64,000 nt of DNA from a bacterium (lineage in GTDB: Bacteria; SAR324; XYD2-FULL-50-16; G965216635), in assembly GCA_965216635.1 (NCBI GenBank), contig OZ244188.1, positions 2,080,001 through 2,144,000 on the forward strand, in the 5' to 3' direction. Positions 38,601 to 46,786 of the stretch are shown here, in pieces. The first letter of the stretch is position 1. Each line of letters opens with the position of its first letter. The translations under genes were made by a program, and so were the position numbers. The notes beneath the pieces were generated by a model. That model was not told where the DNA came from. It saw only the letters and a list, made by a program, of their open reading frames with translations, and searched no databases.

Positions 38601-39432
38601 CGAAAGTTCAAAGGAGAGCCAATCGGTAAAGAGCAGCTCAGTAGAAGATAAAAAAGAGAATATTTCTCAGCAAAAATCCGAAAGTTCAAAGGAGAGCCAA
38701 GCGGAAAAGAGCAGCTCAGTAGAAGCTAAAAAAGAGAATATTTCTCAGCAAGAATCCGAAAGTTCAAAGGAGAGCCAAGCGGTAAAGAGCAGCTCAGGAG
38801 AAGATAAAAAAGAGAATGTTCCTCAGCAAGAATCCGAAAGTTCAAAAGAGATCCAAGCGCTAAAGAGCAGCTCAGGAGAAGATAAAAAAGAGAATATTTC
38901 TCAGCAAGAATCCGAAAGTTCAAAAGAGATCCAAGCGCTAAAGAGCAGCTCAGTAGAAGATAAAAAAGAGAATATTTCTCAGCAAGAATCCGAAAGTTCA
39001 AAAGAGATCCAAGCGCTAAAGAGCAGCTCAGTAGAAGATAAAAAAGAAAATGTTTCTCAGCAAAAATCCGAAAGTTCAAAGGAGAGCCAATTGGGAAAGA
39101 GCAGCTCAGTAGAAGATAAAAAAGAGAATATTTCTCAGCAAAAATCCGAAAGTTCAAAGGAGAGCCAAGCGGTGAAGAGCCAAGCGGAAAAGAGCAGCTC
39201 AGTAGAAGCTAAAAAAGAGAATATTTCTCAGCAAGAATCCGAAAGTTCAAAGGAGAGCCAAGCGGTAAAGAGCAGCTCAGGAGAAGATAAAAAAGAGAAT
39301 GTTCCTCAGCAAAAATCCGAAAGTTCAAAAGAGAGCCAATCGGTAAAGATCAGCCCAGTAGAAGATAAAAAAAAGAATGTTCCCAAAAATTCAATAGATA
39401 TCAAATCGGAGGAGAATAAAGAGGCTACTTAG
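35635..39432 (+). CDS. rpsA: 30S ribosomal protein S1 with a very long repetitive C-terminal tail
   Basis: Six S1 domains (AFLPDSHID, YGAFIDIGGIDGLLHITDMTW, EGLVH, DGLVHISDIDW, EGLLHI). Confidence 0.95.
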   Translation: MTQEKSIAQAKTPPIETSAQAVKTLEGANTTAAAKTKQKTLLSAVVSSPVEIVEKEIAVEPEESQNYLSNIQFNFKGDVKLEKFKSKNKFDKESVISGNVISISDDFIGIDVDYKSIAMIPKEQFVDKDGNLATEIGKEEEVYVERLEDSDGQIKASKRKFKIVRVWEQVQTAFKKKTTVEGTILEKIKGGMKVDIGITAFLPDSHIDLKPIFNIEDVIGKTFEFKVLKYNKKRANIVISRRALLELDRLERRGEILKKIKKGNKVKGMVKNITEYGAFIDIGGIDGLLHITDMTWGRISHPSEVCSIGDTVDVIIMDFNLEQNKVSLGLKQKTADPWGNIKKYKIGNVVNGKITSITAYGLFMEIEEGVEGLVHNTEMSWSKKIMGIDDIKQKVGDKIKAMVKEIDKDKRRISLSVRKLTLNPWNVIAATVKKDSIIEGMVQNVTEFGIFITLRQGVDGLVHISDIDWNNRQKALMDIYKKGQNIKVRVISVDAKTERLALGIKQLTANPWIGIEKKLAAGDLVKGTIRYISEFGLFVETAEKVEGLLHINKMDSSLNSKEQLEKKYAIGDTIGVKILKIEASTQKLAFILQKSKKVKSVTEAKDGDGSVTQPPKVTFDTETKTTQEQKSESSKESKSVKSSSGEDKKENVPQQKSESSKESKSVKISSGEDKKDNIPQQESESSKESQAVKSSSGEDKKENVSQQESESSKESQSVKSQSVKSSSVEDKKENVPQQESESSKESQSVKSQSVKISPVEDKKENVSQQEPESSKESQLVKSSSGEDKKENISQQKSESSKESQAVKSQAEKSSSVEDKKENVSQQKSESSKEIQALKSSSVEDKKENISQQESESSKEIQALKSSSVEDKKENVSQQKSESSKESQAVKSQAEKSSSVEAKKENISQQGSESSKESQAVKSSSGEDKKENISQQESESSKEIQALKSSSVEDKKENISQQESESSKEIQALKSSSVEDKKENVSQQKSESSKESQSVKSSSVEDKKENISQQKSESSKESQAEKSSSVEAKKENISQQESESSKESQAVKSSSGEDKKENVPQQESESSKEIQALKSSSGEDKKENISQQESESSKEIQALKSSSVEDKKENISQQESESSKEIQALKSSSVEDKKENVSQQKSESSKESQLGKSSSVEDKKENISQQKSESSKESQAVKSQAEKSSSVEAKKENISQQESESSKESQAVKSSSGEDKKENVPQQKSESSKESQSVKISPVEDKKKNVPKNSIDIKSEENKEAT
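37516..39385 (+). repeat. In-frame tandem repeat, 23 units of 78 nt (five units 93 nt)
   Basis: QQ(E/K)SESSKE(S/I)QA(V/L)KSSS(V/G)EDKKEN(I/V)(S/P) units counted in the translation. Confidence 0.95.
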
Positions 39433-39463
39433 GAGTAATTAGAGGCATTTTGATTTTCAAAAA

Positions 39464-40762
39464 ATGAATTTTACAGTAGTAGGTGTTAGCTACAAGGAAA
39501 CTCCCATAGAGACCCGAGAGCTACTTTTTATAGACAAGCAGGATTATGGTACACTTTTAAAAAGAATTTACCATCGCTTCCAAATCAAGGAAGTAGTAAT
39601 ACTTTCTACCTGCAATCGTTTAGAAATTTATTCTATAGCTCTCCAAAATTTCCAACCAGAAGATTTATTTGCTGAATTTTTAAAATATAAATCTTTACAA
39701 AAAATTCCTTTTTATTTCCACCAAAAGGAAGCAGCTTATCGGCACTTTTTCCGTGTTTGTAGCAGCCTTGAATCTATGGTAGTCGGTGAAAGTCAAATTT
39801 TAGGACAAGTGAAACAGGCTTGGGAACTATCAAAAAAATACGGGGCTTTAGGCTATGCTATGGAATTTATTTTTCAACAAGCCTTCCATATTGCTAAAAA
39901 AATTCGCACTCATACAAAAATAGCTTTACAGTCTATCTCCATAGGCTCTGCTGCTGTGGATTTAGCGAGTAGTATTTTTGGTAGCCTACAGGAGCAAAAA
40001 ATTCTTGTTATAGGATCTGGAGAGATGGCAGAGTTAATCGTTCGCCACTTAAAAGAAACAGGTGTGCGTCGTGTATTTGTAGCAAGCCGCACTTTTAAGA
40101 ATAGTTCACAATTAGCGGAGCAGTGGAAAGGTTCTGCAATTTGGTATGAGGAACGTTACGATTATCTCTTAGAAAGTAGTATTGTGATTAGCTCTACTGG
40201 GGCAAAAAATTTTGTATTAGAACATAGTAAAACCGCAGCTGCGCTTCACAAAAAAAAACAGTCCACTTTTTTTATTGATATTGCAGTGCCGAGAGATATA
40301 GACCCTGAAATCCATAATATCCCTAATGTTTATTTGTATCATATAGATGATATTCAAACAGTAGCAGATTCTAATTTACAAAATAGACAAAAAGAGGTGA
40401 CTTCTGCTAATTTTCTTTTAGAAGAAGGTTTATCCAATTTTATGGATTTGTTAGAATGGCGTAAAAAATCTTCCTTAATTCTGGCACTACAAAAAAAACA
40501 AACAGAGATAATTAAAAAAGAATTGCAGTCTTTTTTTCAAAAAAATCCAAAGTTTTCCCAATACGAATCTGCAATAGGAGAATTAACAAACAAACTCAAT
40601 AAAAAGTTTTTACACGATCCGCATCTTTTTTTAAAAAAGGGCTATTCTAAAGATGTAGAACTTATTTTTAGAGATATTTTTGCTTTAAAACAAGAAAATA
40701 AACAGAGTAGAAATATGTTGATTCAACAGAGAGAAAAAAAACCAACCGTTATAGACCTTTGA
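39464..40762 (+). CDS. hemA: Glutamyl-tRNA reductase
   Basis: LSTCNRLEIY, SLESMVVGESQILGQVK, IGSGEM, DIAVPRDID. Confidence 0.96.
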   Translation: MNFTVVGVSYKETPIETRELLFIDKQDYGTLLKRIYHRFQIKEVVILSTCNRLEIYSIALQNFQPEDLFAEFLKYKSLQKIPFYFHQKEAAYRHFFRVCSSLESMVVGESQILGQVKQAWELSKKYGALGYAMEFIFQQAFHIAKKIRTHTKIALQSISIGSAAVDLASSIFGSLQEQKILVIGSGEMAELIVRHLKETGVRRVFVASRTFKNSSQLAEQWKGSAIWYEERYDYLLESSIVISSTGAKNFVLEHSKTAAALHKKKQSTFFIDIAVPRDIDPEIHNIPNVYLYHIDDIQTVADSNLQNRQKEVTSANFLLEEGLSNFMDLLEWRKKSSLILALQKKQTEIIKKELQSFFQKNPKFSQYESAIGELTNKLNKKFLHDPHLFLKKGYSKDVELIFRDIFALKQENKQSRNMLIQQREKKPTVIDL

Positions 40763-40895
40763 ATTTGCATTCTGTTACCGCCTATGCAGCGTTAAAAATT
40801 TACAAAAAATGCTCACATACTAGCGTGTATGCTCCGCTTTTTTGTAAATTTTATGCCTTGCCTAGCCGTCACATAACGCAAATTTAAAAGGTCTA
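40752..40895. mobile_element. MITE-like repeat supplying the hemA stop codon
   Basis: tagacctttgaatttgc / gcaaatttaaaaggtcta; TGA at 40760-40762 lies in the left end. Confidence 0.8.
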
Positions 40896-40910
40896 TATTA
40901 AAATTAAAAA

Positions 40911-41312
40911 ATGAGTAGAAAATTTAGAGTTCCAGTTCCACCAAAACCGAAGCAAAAATATAAAATTAAAGTTTCGGCAAAAAATCTTGAGCTAGAAGTA
41001 GAACCCGAAAAAATCCCTTACGATAGACACGGTTTACCGGGCAGTATTTTAGAAAGAGTGTGTTCTTCTAACGAAGAATTGATAGAACATGCTTGTGGAG
41101 GAGTGCAAGCCTGCTCTACCTGTCATATCTATATTACCAAAGGACTAGACACCATACCCGAGGCATCCGAAAGAGAAGAAGATTACTTAGACAAAGCCAG
41201 AGGAGTAAAACTTAATTCCCGTCTCGCCTGTTGTTGCGTGCCAGACGGCAGTCAAGATATTGAAATTGAAGTGCCTACTTGGAACATCAATCTTGTCAAA
41301 GAGGAGGGATAA
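40911..41312 (+). CDS. 2Fe-2S ferredoxin (adrenodoxin/ISC type)
   Basis: HACGGVQACSTCH...SRLAC. Confidence 0.92.
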   Translation: MSRKFRVPVPPKPKQKYKIKVSAKNLELEVEPEKIPYDRHGLPGSILERVCSSNEELIEHACGGVQACSTCHIYITKGLDTIPEASEREEDYLDKARGVKLNSRLACCCVPDGSQDIEIEVPTWNINLVKEEG

Positions 41313-41434
41313 ATTCTCTAAATGATATTGAAATTGAAGTGCCTACTTGGAACAAAAATTTTAAACAACGCAGCTGAGACAGCAAATTGGATTTTTAAGG
41401 GAAAATTTTTTGAAATCAATCACACCTGGAAGTA

Positions 41435-42181
41435 ATGAAAAGAAAAACCAATATAATGATGCTGCATCATGGTCGTTGCGGTAGCACTGTTGTTGGGAAT
41501 TTATTAGCACAAAATTCAAATATCCATTGGGCTTCCGAGCTCTACACGTCTAGGTTTGAAAAGTGGGAAAAAGCAGAACCGAAAAAACACGCACACTTAG
41601 AGAAAAAACCCATAATTGAAAAATCAATAGAGATCTTAAAAAATAGTATAAATACAGCCACAAAACCTTATTATGGAGTTGAAATAAAACCCATTCAATT
41701 TAGATTCATTGGGTATTCTGCTACAAATTTTTTAGCTCAAGCCCGCTTCCTGAATTTTACGCACTTCATTCTACTAAGAAGAAAAAATATTCTCCGTTTT
41801 CTTGTCTCTATAGAAGTAGCCACAAAACACAATTTTTGGTTCCAGCTAAAAAAAAAAACAGAACTGAAAAAGATCAATTTTTCAATTAAGAAATATAAAT
41901 ATCTATCTGAAAGTATTGAAGGAATTAAAACACCAATGCAAGAAGTAGACAGTCTTTTGAAAGGTAAAAATATTCTTAACTTAACCTACGAAAACGATAT
42001 TGAACAGGACCCTAAAAAAGCCTACCGTCGTATATGCAGATTTATTAATATAAAACCAACAAAGGTATCCGTTAACCTTAGTAAAACAAATCCATTTCCA
42101 CTCGCAGATATACTAGAAAATTTTGATGAGATCAGAGCTGCACTACACAACACACCTTATGAGTGGATGTTAGATAGTTAA
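41435..42181 (+). CDS. Sulfotransferase family protein (Stf0-like)
   Basis: GRCGST PAPS-binding loop, LLRRKNIL...S, LTYE, LENFDE. Confidence 0.75.
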   Translation: MKRKTNIMMLHHGRCGSTVVGNLLAQNSNIHWASELYTSRFEKWEKAEPKKHAHLEKKPIIEKSIEILKNSINTATKPYYGVEIKPIQFRFIGYSATNFLAQARFLNFTHFILLRRKNILRFLVSIEVATKHNFWFQLKKKTELKKINFSIKKYKYLSESIEGIKTPMQEVDSLLKGKNILNLTYENDIEQDPKKAYRRICRFINIKPTKVSVNLSKTNPFPLADILENFDEIRAALHNTPYEWMLDS

Positions 42182-42182
42182 G

Positions 42183-42203
42183 TTACCCGCAATAGCGGGT
42201 AAA
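42183..42203. terminator. Hairpin between convergent genes
   Basis: ttacccgc-aata-gcgggtaa. Confidence 0.5.
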
Positions 42204-42209
42204 ATTCCA

Positions 42210-44021
42210 TCATTTAGAAATAACACAAACAGCACTATCAGCATTGAGATTGGGATCTTTCTTAATTTCTTTTTTGGATACACTATCCAAAAAAATACTC
42301 TTTTCAATTTTTATTTTTTTTTGTACACAAAATTCTTGAAAATCCAAGATAGAAGGAAATCTACTGTTTGGGGTGTTATGCCACTGATAACTATACCAAC
42401 CTTTGGATCTAGGGGCTCTACCCTGTTTATAAAGCATTTCCCGCAAAGGACGAAAAGCAAAATTCGGAAAAGAGACGATGGTCTTTTTTGAAATTCGCAA
42501 CATTTCTTGGATTAGGTATTCTACTTTTGTGATGCTTTGTAGGGTGTGGGATAAAATCACTAAATCAAACTGCTTCTCGTAAAAACTTGAAAGACCCTGA
42601 TTAAGATCGGAATGAATAACTTCTAATCCCCTCTTTAATGACTCTTTAACCAATTCAAACCGAAGTTCAATACCGATAGCTTTGAGATTTGCCTTGCCTG
42701 TTTTATGCAATAGTTGTAGCAGTTCGCCGTTTTGGCAACCTAAATCTAGGATCTTAGAATTTTTTGGAACCAGATCTGCAATGAATTGAAAATCCATCCT
42801 TTTATCAAAAAAAATACTAGTTTTCTGCTGTTTTTGATGCGGTCTGACATCGCCGGTAAAAACTATTTCTCCTGATAGTCTTTGCAAAAAAGCTTGAATG
42901 GGACCACCGTGATCTTCCAATTCGCTATCCAATAAAAAAGAGTCGTGTCCACAGTTGCTAGGAATATTGCAATAACTCACAGCTTTATCTAAAGCAAGGA
43001 GACTGGAGACAATCTCTTTGGCTTGAGCCGCTGGGAAAAGCCAATCGCTAGTATAGCTAATAACTAGCCATTTACATTGAGTCTTCCTTAAAGAATTTTT
43101 TAGTTTTTTTGGAGTATCCCCCAAATTAAAAGTATCCATAGCAAGAGATAGGCTAACGTAGCTATTAGCGTCAAACCTTTCTACAAACTTATCGCCTTGG
43201 TAGGCGAGGTAGGAGCCCACGGAGAATTTTTTTTCAAAGCTAGTAGAAATATCACGCGGTAAGAATTTGTCGTGAGCAAATTTTTCGTGCATAGACTCTT
43301 TAGAAAGATAGGTAATATGTCCTAACATTCTAGCGATAGCTAAACCAACAGCTGGTTTTTTTTCTTGGTTGTAATACTGTCCATCGGAGTAGTTTGGATC
43401 GCCAAAAATAGCATTTCTGCCGACTATATCAAAAGCCAGAGCTTGACTGCTGAGATAAGCAGAACTGGCTAAAACCACACAACCTTTTACCCTATCGGGA
43501 AATTGAACCGCCCATTGCATCGCCTGAAATCCACCTAAAGAGCCACCAATAACACACTGTAGCGAATATATTCCTAAAGCATCCAAAAGTTTTTTTTGAG
43601 CTTCCACCATATCTTCTACAGTAATGCGAGGAAACTCATTACCAAAAGGCTGCCCTGTAGCAGGATTTATGGAATGAGGTCCCGTAGTGCCTCTACAACT
43701 TCCAAGTATATTTGTGCAAAGCACATAGTATTGGTTAGTGTCTATATATTTTCCCGCACCTACAAGACTGTCCCACCAGCCGATAATATCTTTTTCGGAG
43801 TGTTTTGCCACATGGGAATCTCCACTGATAGCGTGACAAATAAGAACCACATTGCTTTTTTCTACGTTGAGTTTGCCGTAGTCTTCGTAGGCAACTTCAA
43901 TGTTATCCAATACTCCTCCTAGTTTTAGATGAAGTTTACCTTGCAGAGTAAAAACTTTTCTAAACTTAGAAATCAAATTTAACTGTTTAGAATCTGCGCT
44001 TTTAAAGAAAATTTTAGACAT
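42210..44021 (-). CDS. metX: Homoserine O-acetyltransferase fused to a MetW-like methyltransferase domain
   Basis: CHAISGDSH, GWW, GGSLGG, RFDANSY, GHDSFL; then LDLGCQNG, SFPNFA, YQWHNTPN (MetW). Confidence 0.93.
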   Translation of the reverse strand: MSKIFFKSADSKQLNLISKFRKVFTLQGKLHLKLGGVLDNIEVAYEDYGKLNVEKSNVVLICHAISGDSHVAKHSEKDIIGWWDSLVGAGKYIDTNQYYVLCTNILGSCRGTTGPHSINPATGQPFGNEFPRITVEDMVEAQKKLLDALGIYSLQCVIGGSLGGFQAMQWAVQFPDRVKGCVVLASSAYLSSQALAFDIVGRNAIFGDPNYSDGQYYNQEKKPAVGLAIARMLGHITYLSKESMHEKFAHDKFLPRDISTSFEKKFSVGSYLAYQGDKFVERFDANSYVSLSLAMDTFNLGDTPKKLKNSLRKTQCKWLVISYTSDWLFPAAQAKEIVSSLLALDKAVSYCNIPSNCGHDSFLLDSELEDHGGPIQAFLQRLSGEIVFTGDVRPHQKQQKTSIFFDKRMDFQFIADLVPKNSKILDLGCQNGELLQLLHKTGKANLKAIGIELRFELVKESLKRGLEVIHSDLNQGLSSFYEKQFDLVILSHTLQSITKVEYLIQEMLRISKKTIVSFPNFAFRPLREMLYKQGRAPRSKGWYSYQWHNTPNSRFPSILDFQEFCVQKKIKIEKSIFLDSVSKKEIKKDPNLNADSAVCVISK

Positions 44022-44036
44022 TATTTCTATAGAAAT

Positions 44037-44104
44037 TAAACCTTTGAATTTGCCGAATAGGCTAAACAGCTAGTTTTGTCCTATTTGGCAAATTCAAAAG
44101 TCTA
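44037..44104. mobile_element. Short MITE-like repeat
   Basis: cctttgaatttgccgaatagg / cctatttggcaaattcaaaag. Confidence 0.75.
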
Positions 44105-44206
44105 GAAAATTTTGTATTCCCTACTCTGATAAAACCGCAGAAGTAGGAAAAGTTCTTACCTTAATCAAATAAAGTTTTTTTTCCTAATAACCCATCTAAC
44201 ACTAAG

Positions 44207-44285
44207 AGAGATATTTTGAATTAGTGTTGTGCTTACCCCACTACTGGGGCTAGCCAAATGGCAAGAGTTAAAATTTTTTTTTAAC
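44207..44285. mobile_element. Partial MITE-like repeat
   Basis: tttgaattagtgttgtgcttaccccactactggggctagccaaatggcaagagtta. Confidence 0.65.
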
Positions 44286-44334
44286 AATTGTTTTGGATAA
44301 CCAGAACTCATAATTTCACTATTGGCAAAGGGCT

Positions 44335-45624
44335 CTAAGAAGCTTTCTTCAAAGCTTGATCTATATCAGCTATAATATCCTCTATATCTTCTATTCCCAC
44401 AGATACTCTAATAAATTCTGGAGATACTCCAGTTTGCTCTTGTTCTTCTGGAGTAAGCTGCGAGTGAGTTGTAGAAGATGGATGAATCACAAGAGTTTTG
44501 GCATCTCCAATATTTGCCAGATGGCTAATAAACTCCAAAGATTCAATGAATTTTACCGCAGAATCTTTACCTCCTTTAATACCAAAACCTATAATAGCTC
44601 CCTCTCCAGATTTTAAGTATTTTTGCACATTAGCATAATTCGGATGGGTCGCCAAACCCGGATAATTAACCCATTCTACTTGAGGAGCATTGTCTAAGAA
44701 TTTTGCTACTTGCAAAGCATTTTCAGAATGCCTTGCTAGTCTCAAATGCAGTGTTTCAACTCCTTGCAAAGTAGACCAAGCAGCAAAAGGACTCATACAA
44801 GCTCCAGTGTCTCGCAACCAGTGGGTGCGGATATGAAGAATATAGGCAATATTTCCAATGGGTCTCAACGCCTCTTCAAAAATAATCCCGTGATAAGCAG
44901 GGGCTGGAGCACAAAACTCGGGCCACTTATCAGAATTATCCGCCCATTTAAAATTACCACTATCTACAATCACTCCACCTACATGAACTCCATGTCCACC
45001 AATAAATTTAGTTGTAGAATATACTACTATATCCACTCCGTGTTTTATCGGTTGAAATAGATAAGGGGTAAGCACAGTATTATCACAGATAACAGGCAAA
45101 CCTAATTCGTGAGCAATATCACATAATTTTTGAAAATCAGGAACATCGTTTTTAGGATTTCCTACAGATTCAAAAAACACACAACGGGTGTTTTCATCTA
45201 CCAAATCTTTGATTTTTTCTGGTTCTTGCGAATCAAAAAAACGAACCTCTATTCCTAATTGCGAAAAAGTTTGTGTAAAGAGAGTCCAAGTGCCTCCATA
45301 TAAACTTTTTGCAGAAACAAAGTTTTGTCCGCTATGGGTAATAGTCAAGATGGCAGCCGTTTCCGCAGCTTGCCCTGAAGCAAACGATAATGCTGCAGCT
45401 CCTTCATCCAAAGCAGCAATCCGTTTTTCCAAAACATCATTGGTCGGATTCATCAGCCGAGAATAAATATTCCCAAACTCTTTTAAAGCAAAGAGATTTG
45501 CTGCGTGCTCTGTATCGTTAAAAACATACGAAGCTGTCGGATAGATAGGAACTCCTCTGGAATTCGTAGCGTCTATTTCTTGTCCCGCATGCAACGCCTT
45601 AGTGGCTAGTTTTTGTTCAATCAT
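44335..45624 (-). CDS. metY: O-acetylhomoserine sulfhydrylase
   Basis: GNIYSRLMNPT, STTKFIGGHG (PLP lysine), HLANIGDAK, IHPSSTTHSQL. Confidence 0.95.
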   Translation of the reverse strand: MIEQKLATKALHAGQEIDATNSRGVPIYPTASYVFNDTEHAANLFALKEFGNIYSRLMNPTNDVLEKRIAALDEGAAALSFASGQAAETAAILTITHSGQNFVSAKSLYGGTWTLFTQTFSQLGIEVRFFDSQEPEKIKDLVDENTRCVFFESVGNPKNDVPDFQKLCDIAHELGLPVICDNTVLTPYLFQPIKHGVDIVVYSTTKFIGGHGVHVGGVIVDSGNFKWADNSDKWPEFCAPAPAYHGIIFEEALRPIGNIAYILHIRTHWLRDTGACMSPFAAWSTLQGVETLHLRLARHSENALQVAKFLDNAPQVEWVNYPGLATHPNYANVQKYLKSGEGAIIGFGIKGGKDSAVKFIESLEFISHLANIGDAKTLVIHPSSTTHSQLTPEEQEQTGVSPEFIRVSVGIEDIEDIIADIDQALKKAS

Positions 45625-45700
45625 TTTTTGTTTTTAAGTTAAGGGTAAAAAACTTGAATTAAACCAACTCAAGTTTTAAGCAAAATAAGTTTATTTTGGC

Positions 45701-45739
45701 AAAAAAAAAACCCCCAGAAAATAAATTCTGGGGGTTTTT
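45701..45739 (-). terminator. Intrinsic terminator (attenuator) in the metY leader
   Basis: Minus strand AAAAACCCCCAGAA-tttatt-TTCTGGGGG followed by 10 T. Confidence 0.85.
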
Positions 45740-45773
45740 AATGAGCCATATTAAACTAATAAGTAGAGAAAAT

Positions 45774-45893
45774 TCAATACAGACGCAAAAATACTTTGCC
45801 CCAGAAATAATCAGGATGCATATACATCATTTGGCACATTGCCATGCACATCATAGGGGAACAAACCATTTTTTGTAGTTGTGTTTTTCTCAT
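45774..45893 (-). CDS. Met/Cys-rich leader peptide, 39 aa (not in ORF track)
   Basis: MRKTQLQKMVCSPMMCMAMCQMMYMHPDYFWGKVFLRLY*; 9 Met, 3 Cys; lies between the promoter and terminator upstream of metY. Confidence 0.8.
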   Translation of the reverse strand: MRKTQLQKMVCSPMMCMAMCQMMYMHPDYFWGKVFLRLY

Positions 45894-45923
45894 TTTTTTT
45901 GAATTCATAAGAATTAGTCTTTA

Positions 45924-45952
45924 AAGATAATTATTTTTATCTAAAAAGTCAA
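45924..45952 (-). promoter_or_regulatory. sigma70-type promoter of the leader-metY transcript
   Basis: Minus strand TTGACT-N17-TATCTT. Confidence 0.6.
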
Positions 45953-46152
45953 GTTTTTTTCAAAAAATATTTTTTTTACAAAATTTTTAAATATTTTTAC
46001 CTTACTTTAAAAGTCTCTCAATGGCAACGACTACCGCTATCCAACCTAAATTTTGGTAGTCTTTCTAGTCATTTTTTTTACTCCCTATAGGTAGATAATG
46101 ACTTTCTGCAATAATTAAAAATTTTGTTTTTTTATAGTTATTCATAAAAAAT

Positions 46153-46641
46153 TTATTGCAATGCCTCTCTAATTTTATCTTGATTTAAATTACTTATAAA
46201 AATATCGTAGTATTCTTTTATCACACTTTTATCTATGGGGTTTTTTCCAGAACCATTATAAGAATAAGACCACGGAGTTTTTGGCTGATGGGTTAACTCC
46301 ACCATTTCTAAACCTTCTTTACTTTCATAAATATCTTTCACTAATTTTAAGATTTTTATAGTACCCTCACTACTATCCTTTTCAATATTTATCCCTTTAT
46401 TTGATGGGTCTTCTATATTCTCAGATTTATGACTTTTAAAATGATGGTATAAAACAGGAATCACAGGTCCATATTGCCACGCTTGTATCTCTTCATCAAA
46501 CAAAGGTATATTCTGTTTTGATATAGAAAACCCGAAAGCAATATAAACTAATTTGTTTAATTTTAAATTATCTACACGGGATTTTTTTCCAATATTTCTA
46601 ATGAAATAATCTGCTACACTAAATACATTTTGTTTTTCCAT
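46153..46641 (-). CDS. Panacea/DUF4065 (SocA/GepA-like) antitoxin-domain protein
   Basis: VADYF, NLKLNKLVY, LFDEEIQAWQYGPV, LTH...PW. Confidence 0.85.
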   Translation of the reverse strand: MEKQNVFSVADYFIRNIGKKSRVDNLKLNKLVYIAFGFSISKQNIPLFDEEIQAWQYGPVIPVLYHHFKSHKSENIEDPSNKGINIEKDSSEGTIKILKLVKDIYESKEGLEMVELTHQPKTPWSYSYNGSGKNPIDKSVIKEYYDIFISNLNQDKIREALQ

Positions 46642-46786
46642 TTTGTAAGCTGTTTATAAGTAAGTTTTAAGTCTCAACACATTTTTAGATATTGTCAAGC
46701 CATTCCATCGGTTTGTCAAAGAGAAAATAGATTTTTTTGATGTTTTTGGATATTTAAGTATATCGTTCCCTTTTTTTATAAAATTT

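Noticed and set aside
37418..39157. Minus-strand MNFRI... ORFs, and CRISPR-like periodicity
   Set aside because: Antisense shadows of the in-frame rpsA repeat
45696..45878. His-rich plus-strand ORF (possible his leader or metal-binding peptide)
   Set aside because: CAT/CAC codons are the reverse complement of the Met-rich leader; wrong strand for metY and TTG start
45625..45950. SAM riboswitch or T-box upstream of metY
   Set aside because: No recognisable conserved motifs by eye; an Rfam scan is needed to exclude fully
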